From: Candidatus Nanoarchaeia archaeon
GTDB lineage: Archaea > Nanobdellota > Nanobdellia > SCGC-AAA011-G17 > GW2011-AR18
Assembly (NCBI GenBank): GCA_035288845.1
Contig: DATDZB010000001.1
Span: forward strand, 9,092 to 73,091
Direction of reading: 5' to 3'
Length of the DNA: 64,000 bases
Below are positions 19,053-29,007 of the stretch, in pieces. A program made the position numbers and the translations under genes. Position 1 is the first letter of the stretch. Each line of letters starts with the position of its first letter. The notes below the pieces were generated by a model. That model was not told the DNA's origin, ran no database searches, and saw only the letters and a program-made list of their open reading frames with translations.

Positions 19053-19910
19053 TTAAACAAAAAACAAAAAGAAATCACCAAATAAAATACTAACAATAAA
19101 ACCAATTAAAAAACCAGGTACAAAAGGTATTCCTTCTTTTACTAAAACAGTTTTAATTTTATTTTTCTTCAAAATTTCAATATCTTCTTTAGTCAAACCA
19201 ATATTTCTAATCTTACAAATTAATTTGTTTGCTTTAAAAACATCTTTTGCAAGCCAGTCTCCTTCAACTAATTTATTTACTTTTATAAATTTATACATTA
19301 AAGAATTTTCAATAATTTTAGTAAATTGAATTATAATTGAAGAAATTAAACAAATTAATATTACTAAAGAAACCATTTTAAAAATAAAACTATCAAATAT
19401 AGAATAACTAATTAAAATTAAAAGCAGTCCAAAAATAAATAAAATAATTAAAATTTTAAATGAAGTTTTACTAATATCTTTCTTTACTTTGCTATAATTT
19501 TTAACTCCTAAAAATATGCTGTAAACAATTCCATAAACAACACCAGCAACAAGTATATTTAATAGTAAAGTTCCTAAAAAAGGCAGACTATTTAGAGAAA
19601 ATTTAGATATCACTTGGTAATTTCCAAACACAACGCCCAAACCCATTAATAATTTACAATCTCCTCCACCCCATTGTTTAGTATAATACATTAAATTAGC
19701 AAATACAAAAAATATAGCAAAACCAATTATGCCATAAATTAAATAACTAAAATCTTTTTCAATAAAAGAATAAATTAATCTTGCCCCAAAACCAACAGCA
19801 ATAAAAGAATAACTAACCAAGTCAGGAACTTCTCTTTTTTTAATATCTGTAATACTGCATATTATTAAAACTATTAAAGCCACAATAACTAAAAAATACC
19901 AAAAAATCAT
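19053..19910 (-). CDS. Archaeal prepilin/preflagellin peptidase (A24 family, PibD/FlaK-like).
   Basis: It is a polytopic membrane protein. The first catalytic Asp context is ITDIKKREVPD. The second is WGGGDCKLLMGLG (the GGGDxK motif). Confidence 0.8.
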   Translation of the reverse strand: MIFWYFLVIVALIVLIICSITDIKKREVPDLVSYSFIAVGFGARLIYSFIEKDFSYLIYGIIGFAIFFVFANLMYYTKQWGGGDCKLLMGLGVVFGNYQVISKFSLNSLPFLGTLLLNILVAGVVYGIVYSIFLGVKNYSKVKKDISKTSFKILIILFIFGLLLILISYSIFDSFIFKMVSLVILICLISSIIIQFTKIIENSLMYKFIKVNKLVEGDWLAKDVFKANKLICKIRNIGLTKEDIEILKKNKIKTVLVKEGIPFVPGFLIGFIVSILFGDFFLFFV

Positions 19911-19994
19911 GATATAATTTAAAATTAAAAACTATATAAAATATTCTTTAATTAGTACAAAAACATTTAAATACACCTTTGCCTGTTTTAATTC

Positions 19995-21194
19995 ATGCCT
20001 AGATCAAAAAAAGCTCAATCTGAAGGTGGAGCAGTAGCTGTAATTCTTATTATAATTGCTTTGTTTATGGTACTTTATTTATTGTTTATTTCTCCAGAAG
20101 AAAGGGAAAGAATTCTAGATTCAAATAACACAGGTAGTTCTATAGGTACATCTGGAAGATCTTCATTTTCAAGAATTGAATTAGTTGCAGAATCTCCTGG
20201 TTTGGTAACACCAACAAAAGAATTTGCAATTGTTCATCGGCTCCCTGGAGTCAATATTTTTCTTAAAGAGGAGCCAAGTTTTAAACCACTTTCATCTGAT
20301 TTAACTGTTTCAAGAACATTATTGTCTGAAAATTCTCCCACATTAAAATTTAATCTAGATCATTTAGAAGAAACTACAACAGCTAGTTTAATTTTCTCAG
20401 TAGAAGAATCAGAAGGAACTTTAGAATTAGAAATTAATGATAATATTTTTTACAGTAAACAAATACAAAAAAAAGGTGTAGAAATAGTAGAAATTCCTAA
20501 ATCTTCATTGATAGATAGAAATGAAATAAAATTTAGAGTTTCTTCTCCAGGAATAGCATTCTGGGCAACAAATAAATATCATCTAAAAGATATTAGTGTT
20601 AAACAAGAATATGTAAAAAGAAATAGAGAAGAAACAAGAACATTTACTATAACACCCCAAGAAAAATTAAACATGTTAAATACTAAATTAAAATATTCAC
20701 AAACATGCAACGATCCTTTACAAGACCAGCTTACAACTTTAGATATTTTAATTAATGATAAAAGATCACATACGGCAGAAGTAAGATGTGCTAATACAGA
20801 AGAAGAAATAGAAATAGATCCAGATTCATTAATTGCTGGATCAAATACTATTACTTTTAGATTGGAAAAAGGAGATTTTACTTTTAATCAATTAAAAATA
20901 GAAACAGAATCAAGAGAATCTGAAAGACCAACATATTTCTTCTCTTTAACAGACAGACAATTTGATGATATTCAAAGAGGAAGAAGAGGATTAAAATTAC
21001 AAATATTAATGGATAACAATCAAAGAGTTAAAAATGCTAGAATATTAATAAATAGTAATAATGTTCTAATGCAGGTAGAAAGAAATGATTTTGTTTTAGA
21101 CTTGAAAGATTATGTTCTAGAAGGAACAAACTTCATTAAATTAATTCCTGTAAATTCTTTCAATATTATAGGCTTTAAAGTAATTTTAGAATAA
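19995..21194 (+). CDS. Membrane-anchored or secreted hypothetical protein.
   Basis: The N-terminus is MPRSKKAQSEGGAVAVILIIIALFMVLYLLF, a possible KAQ class-III-like site. The rest is a predicted extracellular beta-rich region. Confidence 0.45.
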   Translation: MPRSKKAQSEGGAVAVILIIIALFMVLYLLFISPEERERILDSNNTGSSIGTSGRSSFSRIELVAESPGLVTPTKEFAIVHRLPGVNIFLKEEPSFKPLSSDLTVSRTLLSENSPTLKFNLDHLEETTTASLIFSVEESEGTLELEINDNIFYSKQIQKKGVEIVEIPKSSLIDRNEIKFRVSSPGIAFWATNKYHLKDISVKQEYVKRNREETRTFTITPQEKLNMLNTKLKYSQTCNDPLQDQLTTLDILINDKRSHTAEVRCANTEEEIEIDPDSLIAGSNTITFRLEKGDFTFNQLKIETESRESERPTYFFSLTDRQFDDIQRGRRGLKLQILMDNNQRVKNARILINSNNVLMQVERNDFVLDLKDYVLEGTNFIKLIPVNSFNIIGFKVILE

Positions 21195-21205
21195 AAAGGT
21201 GATAA

Positions 21206-22522
21206 ATGACTAGTGCAACTGCTGGATCAATTCCAGGAAATCCATTTCAAGAAGTATTTGGTCCAATAGGTGGTTGGCTAAAAAAAGCATTATTTACTTT
21301 AATAGTTGGTCTGCTTTGGGCAGCAGTATTTGCTTTTGTTGTAGGTGCAGGTGTCTTCTTATTTTATCAATTTAGATCTGGAAATGTTGAATCTACAGTA
21401 GAGCATGTAAATGTTGCTGGACAAGAAACAGTAGGAAATCCTCTTAAATTAGCAATAAAACAAAATGCTCCAGGACTTTACTACACTTTTGTTGAACCTG
21501 AAAGTCTTCAACCATATGCAATAGATTCAGTAGTACAAAATAATAAAAATAATGAGGAACTAGGTGTTAAAATAGTAGAATTTGAACCGCAAGTTTCTTT
21601 CTTCAGACCAAATTCAGAAATTAGTTTAAGAGGAAGAATAAAAGCAAGAGGTTTAGACCAGCCAACAAAAATAGAAGTTTATTGTCAATTAGAAGAAGAA
21701 CAAATGATACCAGCAGAACTTCTTGGTACAAATGTTATTGGACTTAACATAGGAACTATATTCAAAGATCAAACAACAGAATTTAGAGTTAATTGTAATT
21801 TCCCAGATGGAGTTTCAACTACAAAAGCAATAGAATCTAGAACAGCAAAATTAGTTGTAATTTATGAATTTTCTACAGTATCTTCTCAGCGTATTTGGGC
21901 ACTAAATAGAGAATCTCTACAAGACTTGCAAAGCAAAGGAATAGACCCATTTGTACAATATGACAAAAGAGATCCATTAAAAGATAAAGATAATAAAATA
22001 AGAGCTGAACAAACTCCAGGACCAATCAACTTAGGTTTACAAATTGATTTCCCGCAGCCAATTACTACTAATTCAAGATATGAACTGCTTGTACAAATTG
22101 CACCACAATCATATGGGGTATTACAAGAACTTAACTACTTGAAAATAAAAGTTCCTGCAGTTAAAGATCTAAATTTAGCTCTACAAGGAGGAGAAGCTTT
22201 AGGTTCAGGATCAAAATGCGATTTTACTTATGCAGGACAAACAGATGATGGTTACAAAGAGTATCAATTAGTAGATTCCAAATTACAAGAAACAAATAAA
22301 GTGTGTGATAAAGAATTACTAAGAGAATATGCATTCACAGAACAAGCATGTTTAGAATTTTTCAAACAACCATTATTCAAATGTAATTTTATTGCAACAA
22401 CTGTACCAGAAACTTTACTTTCAGATTTAATAAAAGCAGAAGCACTTTATTCAGTTAAAGTAGAAAAGAAACTTGTTATAGACATTAAAGGTCCACCTTC
22501 AAGTGCTGCAGGAGTAGCTTAG
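21206..22522 (+). CDS. Membrane-anchored hypothetical protein.
   Basis: The N-terminal TM region is LFTLIVGLLWAAVFAFVVGAGVFLFY. The large C-terminal domain contains Cys. Confidence 0.45.
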   Translation: MTSATAGSIPGNPFQEVFGPIGGWLKKALFTLIVGLLWAAVFAFVVGAGVFLFYQFRSGNVESTVEHVNVAGQETVGNPLKLAIKQNAPGLYYTFVEPESLQPYAIDSVVQNNKNNEELGVKIVEFEPQVSFFRPNSEISLRGRIKARGLDQPTKIEVYCQLEEEQMIPAELLGTNVIGLNIGTIFKDQTTEFRVNCNFPDGVSTTKAIESRTAKLVVIYEFSTVSSQRIWALNRESLQDLQSKGIDPFVQYDKRDPLKDKDNKIRAEQTPGPINLGLQIDFPQPITTNSRYELLVQIAPQSYGVLQELNYLKIKVPAVKDLNLALQGGEALGSGSKCDFTYAGQTDDGYKEYQLVDSKLQETNKVCDKELLREYAFTEQACLEFFKQPLFKCNFIATTVPETLLSDLIKAEALYSVKVEKKLVIDIKGPPSSAAGVA

Positions 22523-22530
22523 AATTAAAA

Positions 22531-23070
22531 ATGTGCTTTAGTAAAATTTCTACATTCTTTAAAAATTTAACAACAAATAAATTAGAATCTAAAAATAATA
22601 AAGAATTAGTAAATGAATTTATTAACTGTATAAAAAATTTCTACAAAGAAGTAGAAAAATTAGAACTTACTAGATATTTTATGAAATTAGAAAAGAAAGC
22701 AGTAAAAAAGAGAGTAGAATATGAATTATTTTTACTAGATAGGATTGAAGATATATTAGATGGGGACGAAGAAAGGAATGGGCCTTGGAGTTTTACGAAA
22801 GATGAAAAACATGAAATTAGTGAAGAATATCCAATTTTTAATATTTGTAACATGGCTCAGATTGAATTTCTAAGAGACTGGAAGCAAGAAGAAGGTGAAA
22901 GCGTGTTTCATCCATTTGCTGATGTAGAAATAAAAGCTTCTGAAGTAAGAAAATTAGATGAGGAAACTCAAGAAAAATTAATTAAATATAAAAGACTTGG
23001 TAGAGAAATAGCAACAGAACTATACAAAAGACTTGATCTTGAAGCTAGAAGAAGACTTAAAAAAATTTAA
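22531..23070 (+). CDS. Hypothetical cytoplasmic protein.
   Basis: It is a 179-aa charged, helical ORF. Confidence 0.4.
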   Translation: MCFSKISTFFKNLTTNKLESKNNKELVNEFINCIKNFYKEVEKLELTRYFMKLEKKAVKKRVEYELFLLDRIEDILDGDEERNGPWSFTKDEKHEISEEYPIFNICNMAQIEFLRDWKQEEGESVFHPFADVEIKASEVRKLDEETQEKLIKYKRLGREIATELYKRLDLEARRRLKKI

Positions 23071-23118
23071 ATCAAGAACATAGAAATCTTTTTAACTACG
23101 AATTTATCTTAATTTACT

Positions 23119-24057
23119 ATGAAATTAAAGTGGTGTTATCTAGTTATTGTTTTATTATTAATATTAACAGCTTGTTCTTCAATTTCAGATAGAATTCCTT
23201 TTTTAGGTGGAAAACAAGCACCAGTTGGAGGTTCAGGATTAACTTTAACTTTTGTAAATGTTCCAGCAAATAATGAATTAATTTATGAAGGAGCAGAATT
23301 CGATGTTGAAGTAGCTTTAGAAAATAATATCGTAAATGAACAAGGATTAACTGGCAGAATATGTTTACAAGATGATTTAACTGATAACTTTGGCGGAATT
23401 ACTTCAAATCTATGTCAAAATTTTAATTTACCTTCAGCTACAAAATCTTCTAATGGTAAAGTTACATCAGTACAAGAAAATTTCCTTTTCAAACCACAGC
23501 CCTATAAGGGATTACAAAAAGAACTAGAGCTTTCAAATAGTATAAATGCAGTTGTTGCATATGAACTAGAATCTATTTCTGGTTCTGAAGTGTGTATAAA
23601 AAGAAGAGAAGCAGAAGTAGCAAATTGTCTTAACCAACAAAAATTAGAGACAAGACAATCAGATTTACCTCTAAAAATACAAAGTATTGAAGCAAAAGTT
23701 TCATCAAAAGATCAATCAGAATATGTAGTTATATTAGATATTAGTTTAGAAAAAGCAACAAAAGGACAACTTTTAACTCCAGGAAGTATAACTTCTGGTA
23801 GTATAGAAGCACCAACAGCAGAAGTGAATTTTGAAATAAGCATTGATGGAAAACCTATAAAATGTAATACTGCTTCTGCAGGCAAAGTAACATTTAGATC
23901 TAATGAAAACGAAAAACTTATTAAATGCACAGGACCTATAACATTAAATCAAGATTCAATCATGGCACAAATAACTATGAAAATGAGTTATGGTTTCAAG
24001 CAGACTTTAAATGGTCCAAAAATTAGATTAATAAAAAATGAGGAATTGATAACATGA
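23119..24057 (+). CDS. Putative lipoprotein or secreted surface protein.
   Basis: There is a signal peptide with a lipobox-like LTAC|SS. The C-terminal region is beta-rich with Cys pairs. Confidence 0.5.
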   Translation: MKLKWCYLVIVLLLILTACSSISDRIPFLGGKQAPVGGSGLTLTFVNVPANNELIYEGAEFDVEVALENNIVNEQGLTGRICLQDDLTDNFGGITSNLCQNFNLPSATKSSNGKVTSVQENFLFKPQPYKGLQKELELSNSINAVVAYELESISGSEVCIKRREAEVANCLNQQKLETRQSDLPLKIQSIEAKVSSKDQSEYVVILDISLEKATKGQLLTPGSITSGSIEAPTAEVNFEISIDGKPIKCNTASAGKVTFRSNENEKLIKCTGPITLNQDSIMAQITMKMSYGFKQTLNGPKIRLIKNEELIT

Positions 24058-25007
24058 AAAAAATTACAATTGCATTCTTAGTTTTGATGTGTTTACTCTT
24101 AGTTCTATCTGGTTGTAAGGGAAATAAAACACCAAAAAACACAACTGGTTTTATTGGAGGAACAGAAGGAATATCTTCTCAAATAACTATTGAATCAACT
24201 TCAGGAAATAATAATGTTTTTGATAATGGTGTAGATCCTTTCTATATAGATGTTACTTTAGAAAATAAAGGTGAAGACGAGGCAGCAGAAGGAGAAGTTC
24301 TAGTAACTTTAGATAATATTAATTTTAATGCTTTCCAAATACAAGATCCTACAAAAAGAAATGATATATCTCTTTCTGGTTTAAGAAAAGAAGGCGGAAA
24401 AACAACAGATGCAGCACAAACAATAGTTAGATTTAATGCAAATTACAAACCAGATGAAGTAGCAGATAGAACAGTTTCATTATCAGTAAATTCTTGTTAT
24501 AAATATCAAACAATATCTAGAGTAAAAGATCTTTGTTTAAGAAAAAAAATAACAAGTCCAGGAACAACAGATACATGTAAAGTAGATGAAGCAAAAATAG
24601 CTGAAAATTCAGGTGCTCCATTCAGAATTAAAACATTTACTGAAAGTCCTGCTGGAGAAAATAAAGTTAGAATATTTATTGAAGCAATGAATGAAGGAAA
24701 AGGAACTATTTACAGCAAAGATTATTTATCTCAAGGAAAATGCATTGATAGTGAAGAAAATAAAAACAAGATCTATGCAAAAATACAATTAACAGAAGTT
24801 ACAAATAGTGCCAGCATAATTACTTGTTCAGGATTAGATAAAAATGAAGGAAATTTAAATGTTATACAAAATAAAGTTCAATTATCTTGTATGATTGATA
24901 CTTCAAGTTTACAAGATTCAACATTTGAAACACCATTACAAGTAACATTTGATTATGTTTACAAAGATGGTGCTACAACAACATTAACAATTAAAAGTTC
25001 TATTTAA
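24054..25007 (+). CDS. Putative lipoprotein or secreted surface protein.
   Basis: There is a signal peptide with a lipobox-like LSGC|KG. The mature part is Cys-containing and beta-rich. Its start overlaps the preceding gene's stop. Confidence 0.5.
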   Translation: MKKITIAFLVLMCLLLVLSGCKGNKTPKNTTGFIGGTEGISSQITIESTSGNNNVFDNGVDPFYIDVTLENKGEDEAAEGEVLVTLDNINFNAFQIQDPTKRNDISLSGLRKEGGKTTDAAQTIVRFNANYKPDEVADRTVSLSVNSCYKYQTISRVKDLCLRKKITSPGTTDTCKVDEAKIAENSGAPFRIKTFTESPAGENKVRIFIEAMNEGKGTIYSKDYLSQGKCIDSEENKNKIYAKIQLTEVTNSASIITCSGLDKNEGNLNVIQNKVQLSCMIDTSSLQDSTFETPLQVTFDYVYKDGATTTLTIKSSI

Positions 25008-25010
25008 CAA

Positions 25011-25244
25011 ATGGAAAAAAGAGATTTAATAATTGTAATCTTATCTATTTTACTTTTAATTTCTATTTTATTTAGTTTTTATATCTTTTTCAAAGAACAA
25101 AAACTAGAATCACAAATACAAAACATAGCTGATAAAGCAATAGAAGGATTTAACATTTCTAGAAATGAATTCGACAAAATAGATACAAGATTAACAAATT
25201 TAGAAGACAACATAATAAATTCAAATAATAATACAAACTCTTAA
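25011..25244 (+). CDS. Small membrane-anchored coiled-coil protein.
   Basis: The TM segment is LIIVILSILLLISILFSFYIFF. It is followed by a coiled coil. Confidence 0.35.
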   Translation: MEKRDLIIVILSILLLISILFSFYIFFKEQKLESQIQNIADKAIEGFNISRNEFDKIDTRLTNLEDNIINSNNNTNS

Positions 25245-25268
25245 ATAGGGTTATTTTATTGCTTTTTT

Positions 25269-25697
25269 ATGCCTATTAAACAAGGTAGCAAAGTAAAAGT
25301 AGAATATACTGGTAAATTAGAAGATGGTTCTATTTTTGATAGTTCTAAGAATCATGGAGTTCCTTTAGAATTTGAAGTTGGGGCTGGTCAGATAATTCAA
25401 GGTTTTGATGAAGCAATAATTGGAATGGAAAAAAACGATCAAAAAGAAGTTAAAATTCCAGCAGAAAAGGCTTATGGAACTTACAATCCAGAATTAACAA
25501 GACAAATACCAAGAGATAGTTTTCCTGAAGATCAAGAAGTTAAAGTTGGAATGATAGTAGGTTTACAATTACCAAATGGAGCTCAATTTCCAGCAAAAAT
25601 AGTTGATTTAAACGAACAAGAAATAACTTTAGATCTAAATCATCCTTTAGCAGGAAAAACTTTAATATTTGAAATAAAGATAGTTGATTATTCTTAG
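25269..25697 (+). CDS. FKBP-type peptidyl-prolyl cis-trans isomerase.
   Basis: It has VKVEYTGKLEDGSIFDSS, LEFEVGAGQIIQGFDEAIIGM and AYG motifs. Confidence 0.85.
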   Translation: MPIKQGSKVKVEYTGKLEDGSIFDSSKNHGVPLEFEVGAGQIIQGFDEAIIGMEKNDQKEVKIPAEKAYGTYNPELTRQIPRDSFPEDQEVKVGMIVGLQLPNGAQFPAKIVDLNEQEITLDLNHPLAGKTLIFEIKIVDYS

Positions 25698-25763
25698 AAA
25701 TGTATTAATTATATATTTTTGATTATAATCTTCTTTAAATATTTAAAAATTTACTAAAATAAT

Positions 25764-26243
25764 ATGGGGGAAGTTATAAATTTAGATTTTTCAACAAACA
25801 ATCATTGGTTTGGAATGTCTAAGCCAAAACCTCAACCAACTGAAGAAAATCAACTAAGTAAATATGCTGCAGCTATAACTGCCTTCAGAGAATATGCAAA
25901 ACAGCAAGATCTTGGAGAAGTTGTAGACAATGAAGGCGAGAATGTTTATGAAGACATGTGTAGAAGAAAAATAGGGAACTTTGCACACGGTTGGCACCAC
26001 AATTTATCAACTCCTTCAAGAAATTCACCAACACTATCTGCGAGAGTTGAAGCATTCAAGGAAGCAAATCTTAGAACTTATGGTTCTATTGTAATAAATG
26101 TAGAAGGTCCTTCTGATTTAATCCAAAAAATAAAATATGCAACAGAAAATGCTCCTGATTTACCCCTGGAAGAAACAATGGCATTAGGCAGAAAATTTAC
26201 AGCAACTAAATCAGAATGTTATGGTTATTGCAGAAGAGATTAG
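25764..26243 (+). CDS. Hypothetical protein.
   Basis: It is a 159-aa ORF with atypical composition (W, H, G, R-rich). Confidence 0.4.
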   Translation: MGEVINLDFSTNNHWFGMSKPKPQPTEENQLSKYAAAITAFREYAKQQDLGEVVDNEGENVYEDMCRRKIGNFAHGWHHNLSTPSRNSPTLSARVEAFKEANLRTYGSIVINVEGPSDLIQKIKYATENAPDLPLEETMALGRKFTATKSECYGYCRRD

Positions 26244-26278
26244 GAAATTCTTATAAGTAAATAAAATAACTTAATTTT

Positions 26279-27517
26279 ATGGAATTATTTGGTGATTTTC
26301 ACATTCACGGAAGATATGCACAAGCATGTTCTAAGTTAACAACTTTAGAAGATTTAGAAAGAAATTCAAGAATAAAAGGATTAAATGTTCTAGGAACTGG
26401 AGATGCTCAACATCCAAAATGGAGAACAGAAGAAATAGATAAAAAATTAACAGAAGATGAAAATGGAATTCTTTGGACGAAAACAAAATTTCCATTTATT
26501 CTAACAACAGAAATAGCTTTATTTTATTCACAAGGTGGAAAAGGAAGAAAAGTACATCAAGTAGTTTTACTTCCAAATAAAGAAATTCTAGACCAATTTA
26601 GAGATGCATTATTAAAAAAAGGCAGAATAGATTATGATGGCAGACCAATTTTTGGAATGTCAAGTATTGAATTTGTAGATTTTGTTAGAGCAATAAGTCC
26701 AGATATTGAAATAATTCCGGCCCATGTTTGGACTTCTTGGATGGCAATTTTTGGATCTAAATCTGGATTCGATTCTGTAGAAGAATGCTTTGAAGATAAT
26801 GCTAAACATATTCATGCATTGGAAACAGGAATTTCAAGTAATCCAGCAATGAATAGAAGAATTTCTTCTTTAGATAAATATAATTTAGTTTCATTTTCAG
26901 ATCCACATTCTTCACATCCTTCAAGATTAGGAAGAGAATCAACAATGTTTAATATTAAAAAATTAACTTACAAAGAAATTTTAAATGCAATAAGAACTGG
27001 TGAAGGATTAAAAGGAACAATTGAGTGTAATCCAGAATACGGAAAATATCATTACGATGGTCATAGAAATTGTAATGTTTACTTAACACCAGCAGAATCT
27101 AGAAAATTAAATGGAATTTGTCCTAAATGTAAACAGCCATTAACAATTGGTGTTGAATATAGAATAGAACAATTAGCAGATAGAGAAAAACCAATAAATG
27201 TTCCATACTCAAAAGAAGTTTTACCCTTACATGAATTAATAAAATCAATTTATGGAATGCAATCTTTTACTTCAAAAAAAATACAAGGCCTTTATGATAA
27301 TTTAATTAAAAATTTTAAAAGTGAATATAACATTTTACTTAATTGTCAAGAAGATGATTTGAAAAAAGTAGTTCATCCAAATCTAGCAAAAGTAATTTTA
27401 CTAAATAGAGAAAATAAAATAAAAATTAAACCAGGTTATGATGGTGTTTATGGTGAATTGCAAATTGAAGATTTACAAATAAAAGAGAAACCACAAAAAA
27501 GTTTGAAAGATTTTTAA
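26279..27517 (+). CDS. endoQ: Endonuclease Q (PHP domain plus zinc finger).
   Basis: GDFHIHGRYAQACSKL, KGLNVLGTGDAQHPKW, SDPHSSHPSRLGRE, GKYHYDGHRNC and CPKCKQPL parallel the Pyrococcus EndoQ motifs. Confidence 0.8.
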   Translation: MELFGDFHIHGRYAQACSKLTTLEDLERNSRIKGLNVLGTGDAQHPKWRTEEIDKKLTEDENGILWTKTKFPFILTTEIALFYSQGGKGRKVHQVVLLPNKEILDQFRDALLKKGRIDYDGRPIFGMSSIEFVDFVRAISPDIEIIPAHVWTSWMAIFGSKSGFDSVEECFEDNAKHIHALETGISSNPAMNRRISSLDKYNLVSFSDPHSSHPSRLGRESTMFNIKKLTYKEILNAIRTGEGLKGTIECNPEYGKYHYDGHRNCNVYLTPAESRKLNGICPKCKQPLTIGVEYRIEQLADREKPINVPYSKEVLPLHELIKSIYGMQSFTSKKIQGLYDNLIKNFKSEYNILLNCQEDDLKKVVHPNLAKVILLNRENKIKIKPGYDGVYGELQIEDLQIKEKPQKSLKDF

Positions 27518-27564
27518 TCAAAGTATTTAATAAAATATATAAATAGAAAAAAGGATTAATAATA

Positions 27565-28158
27565 ATGGCTGTTGATAAATCACGAAAGTTAATTTTAGAG
27601 GCTGAGAAGTCTTTAAGGTTATGTTCTAAAAATCTAAACAACATTGATCCGAAAATAGGGGAAGAAATATGTGATGTGGTCAGTAATTTAATAATAATAT
27701 TAAATGCAACGGTAGATGTTTTAGAAAGAATAATTTCTCCATCTAAAGATAAAAATGAATTAAAAAAATTAGTTTCTTCTATTCAAGATGAATTAATAAA
27801 AGGCAGAAAAAGTTTAAACAATAAAAATGATTTAAATTCAAGGAAAAAAATACCTGATTCAGATTTTGAAAATATAATTGCTGCAATAGAATCTTTAAAT
27901 TATTCGATTTATAATCTCACTGATTTTATTGATAAAATTATAGGAAATTTAGTTTTTAACACCTTTCCTATAGATTTAAATGAAAAGATTATAAATCTAG
28001 CAGTTTCAGAAATAAGGGACAGGTGGTTGATGGAAGCTTCAAGAAAAATGAGCGAAGTCAGTCGTAAAACAGATATAAATTTATTTAACTCAATTAGCCC
28101 TTTGTCTTATGTTGTTAGAGACTTAATGTACGCTAGTATAGAATTAACTAAGGGTTAG
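27565..28158 (+). CDS. Hypothetical protein.
   Basis: It is a 197-aa helical ORF. Confidence 0.4.
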   Translation: MAVDKSRKLILEAEKSLRLCSKNLNNIDPKIGEEICDVVSNLIIILNATVDVLERIISPSKDKNELKKLVSSIQDELIKGRKSLNNKNDLNSRKKIPDSDFENIIAAIESLNYSIYNLTDFIDKIIGNLVFNTFPIDLNEKIINLAVSEIRDRWLMEASRKMSEVSRKTDINLFNSISPLSYVVRDLMYASIELTKG

Positions 28159-28161
28159 ATT

Positions 28162-28932
28162 TTAACCAATATAATTAGTAAACTCTTTTTTACCAGATTT
28201 AATTTCTTCCTTTTTAATTATACTTTTTAATTTATCATTGATTTCTTTCTCTATAGCTTTAACTTCTTTATTTAATTCTTGAATATTCAAATTTAATTTT
28301 AATTTACGATTAAGAACATTCAAAAGTTCTTTAGCTTCTTTAATTCCTAAATAACTAGGTAATCCTAAAGTTTCAACTAATAAAATAACTCCATTTATAT
28401 TTCTATTTTGAGCTAATCCAAGTAATAAACCACTAACACCGACAATAGGACCAACAACTCCCTCAGCACTTTTAACTTGTGCATCTAAGTATTTGTTAAT
28501 AGTTTTAGTATTATTTCCTGCACAATATAATTTAATTTCTTTAGGTAATTCATTTAAACCAATTCCACCTAAAGTAACTATTTCTTTAACTTTTAATTTC
28601 TGAAACAAATCTAATAGGTTTTCACAAAATTCATAACAACTTTTCTCTTCTGAAGGTTGTACATCTCCAGAAATAAGAAGAAAATCATTTTTATTTATTT
28701 TTTTATGATATATCTCTATTTTAGGAAGTTCAACTAAACCATTTTCACTTAAAAAAACACAATTAGGAAAACTATCTGAATTTAATTCATAAATTTTAGT
28801 AGCTTCCAAAGCTTCTATAATAAAATCAACTGCAATTTTTCCGACATTTCCCATTCCAGGAAGTCCTTCTATAACTATAGGTTCCTTCACAATAACCTTA
28901 GCAAAATTCTTTATCATCCAATTACTATTCAT
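28162..28932 (-). CDS. PAC2-family protein (proteasome assembly chaperone-like, COG1938).
   Basis: The N-terminus has VIEGLPGMGNVGKIAVDFIIEALEA, which is typical of PAC2. Confidence 0.55.
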   Translation of the reverse strand: MNSNWMIKNFAKVIVKEPIVIEGLPGMGNVGKIAVDFIIEALEATKIYELNSDSFPNCVFLSENGLVELPKIEIYHKKINKNDFLLISGDVQPSEEKSCYEFCENLLDLFQKLKVKEIVTLGGIGLNELPKEIKLYCAGNNTKTINKYLDAQVKSAEGVVGPIVGVSGLLLGLAQNRNINGVILLVETLGLPSYLGIKEAKELLNVLNRKLKLNLNIQELNKEVKAIEKEINDKLKSIIKKEEIKSGKKEFTNYIG

Positions 28933-29007
28933 GTATAAATTTACGAATTAAATACTTATAAACTTTAGTATAATTAAGTATATAAAGCCAAAATATAATT
29001 TTACGTT

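Noticed and set aside
23119-25007. Calling the two lipobox-containing proteins definite lipoproteins.
   Set aside because: Lipobox-like motifs occur by chance, and archaeal lipoprotein processing is lineage-restricted. I have kept them as putative secreted or surface proteins only.
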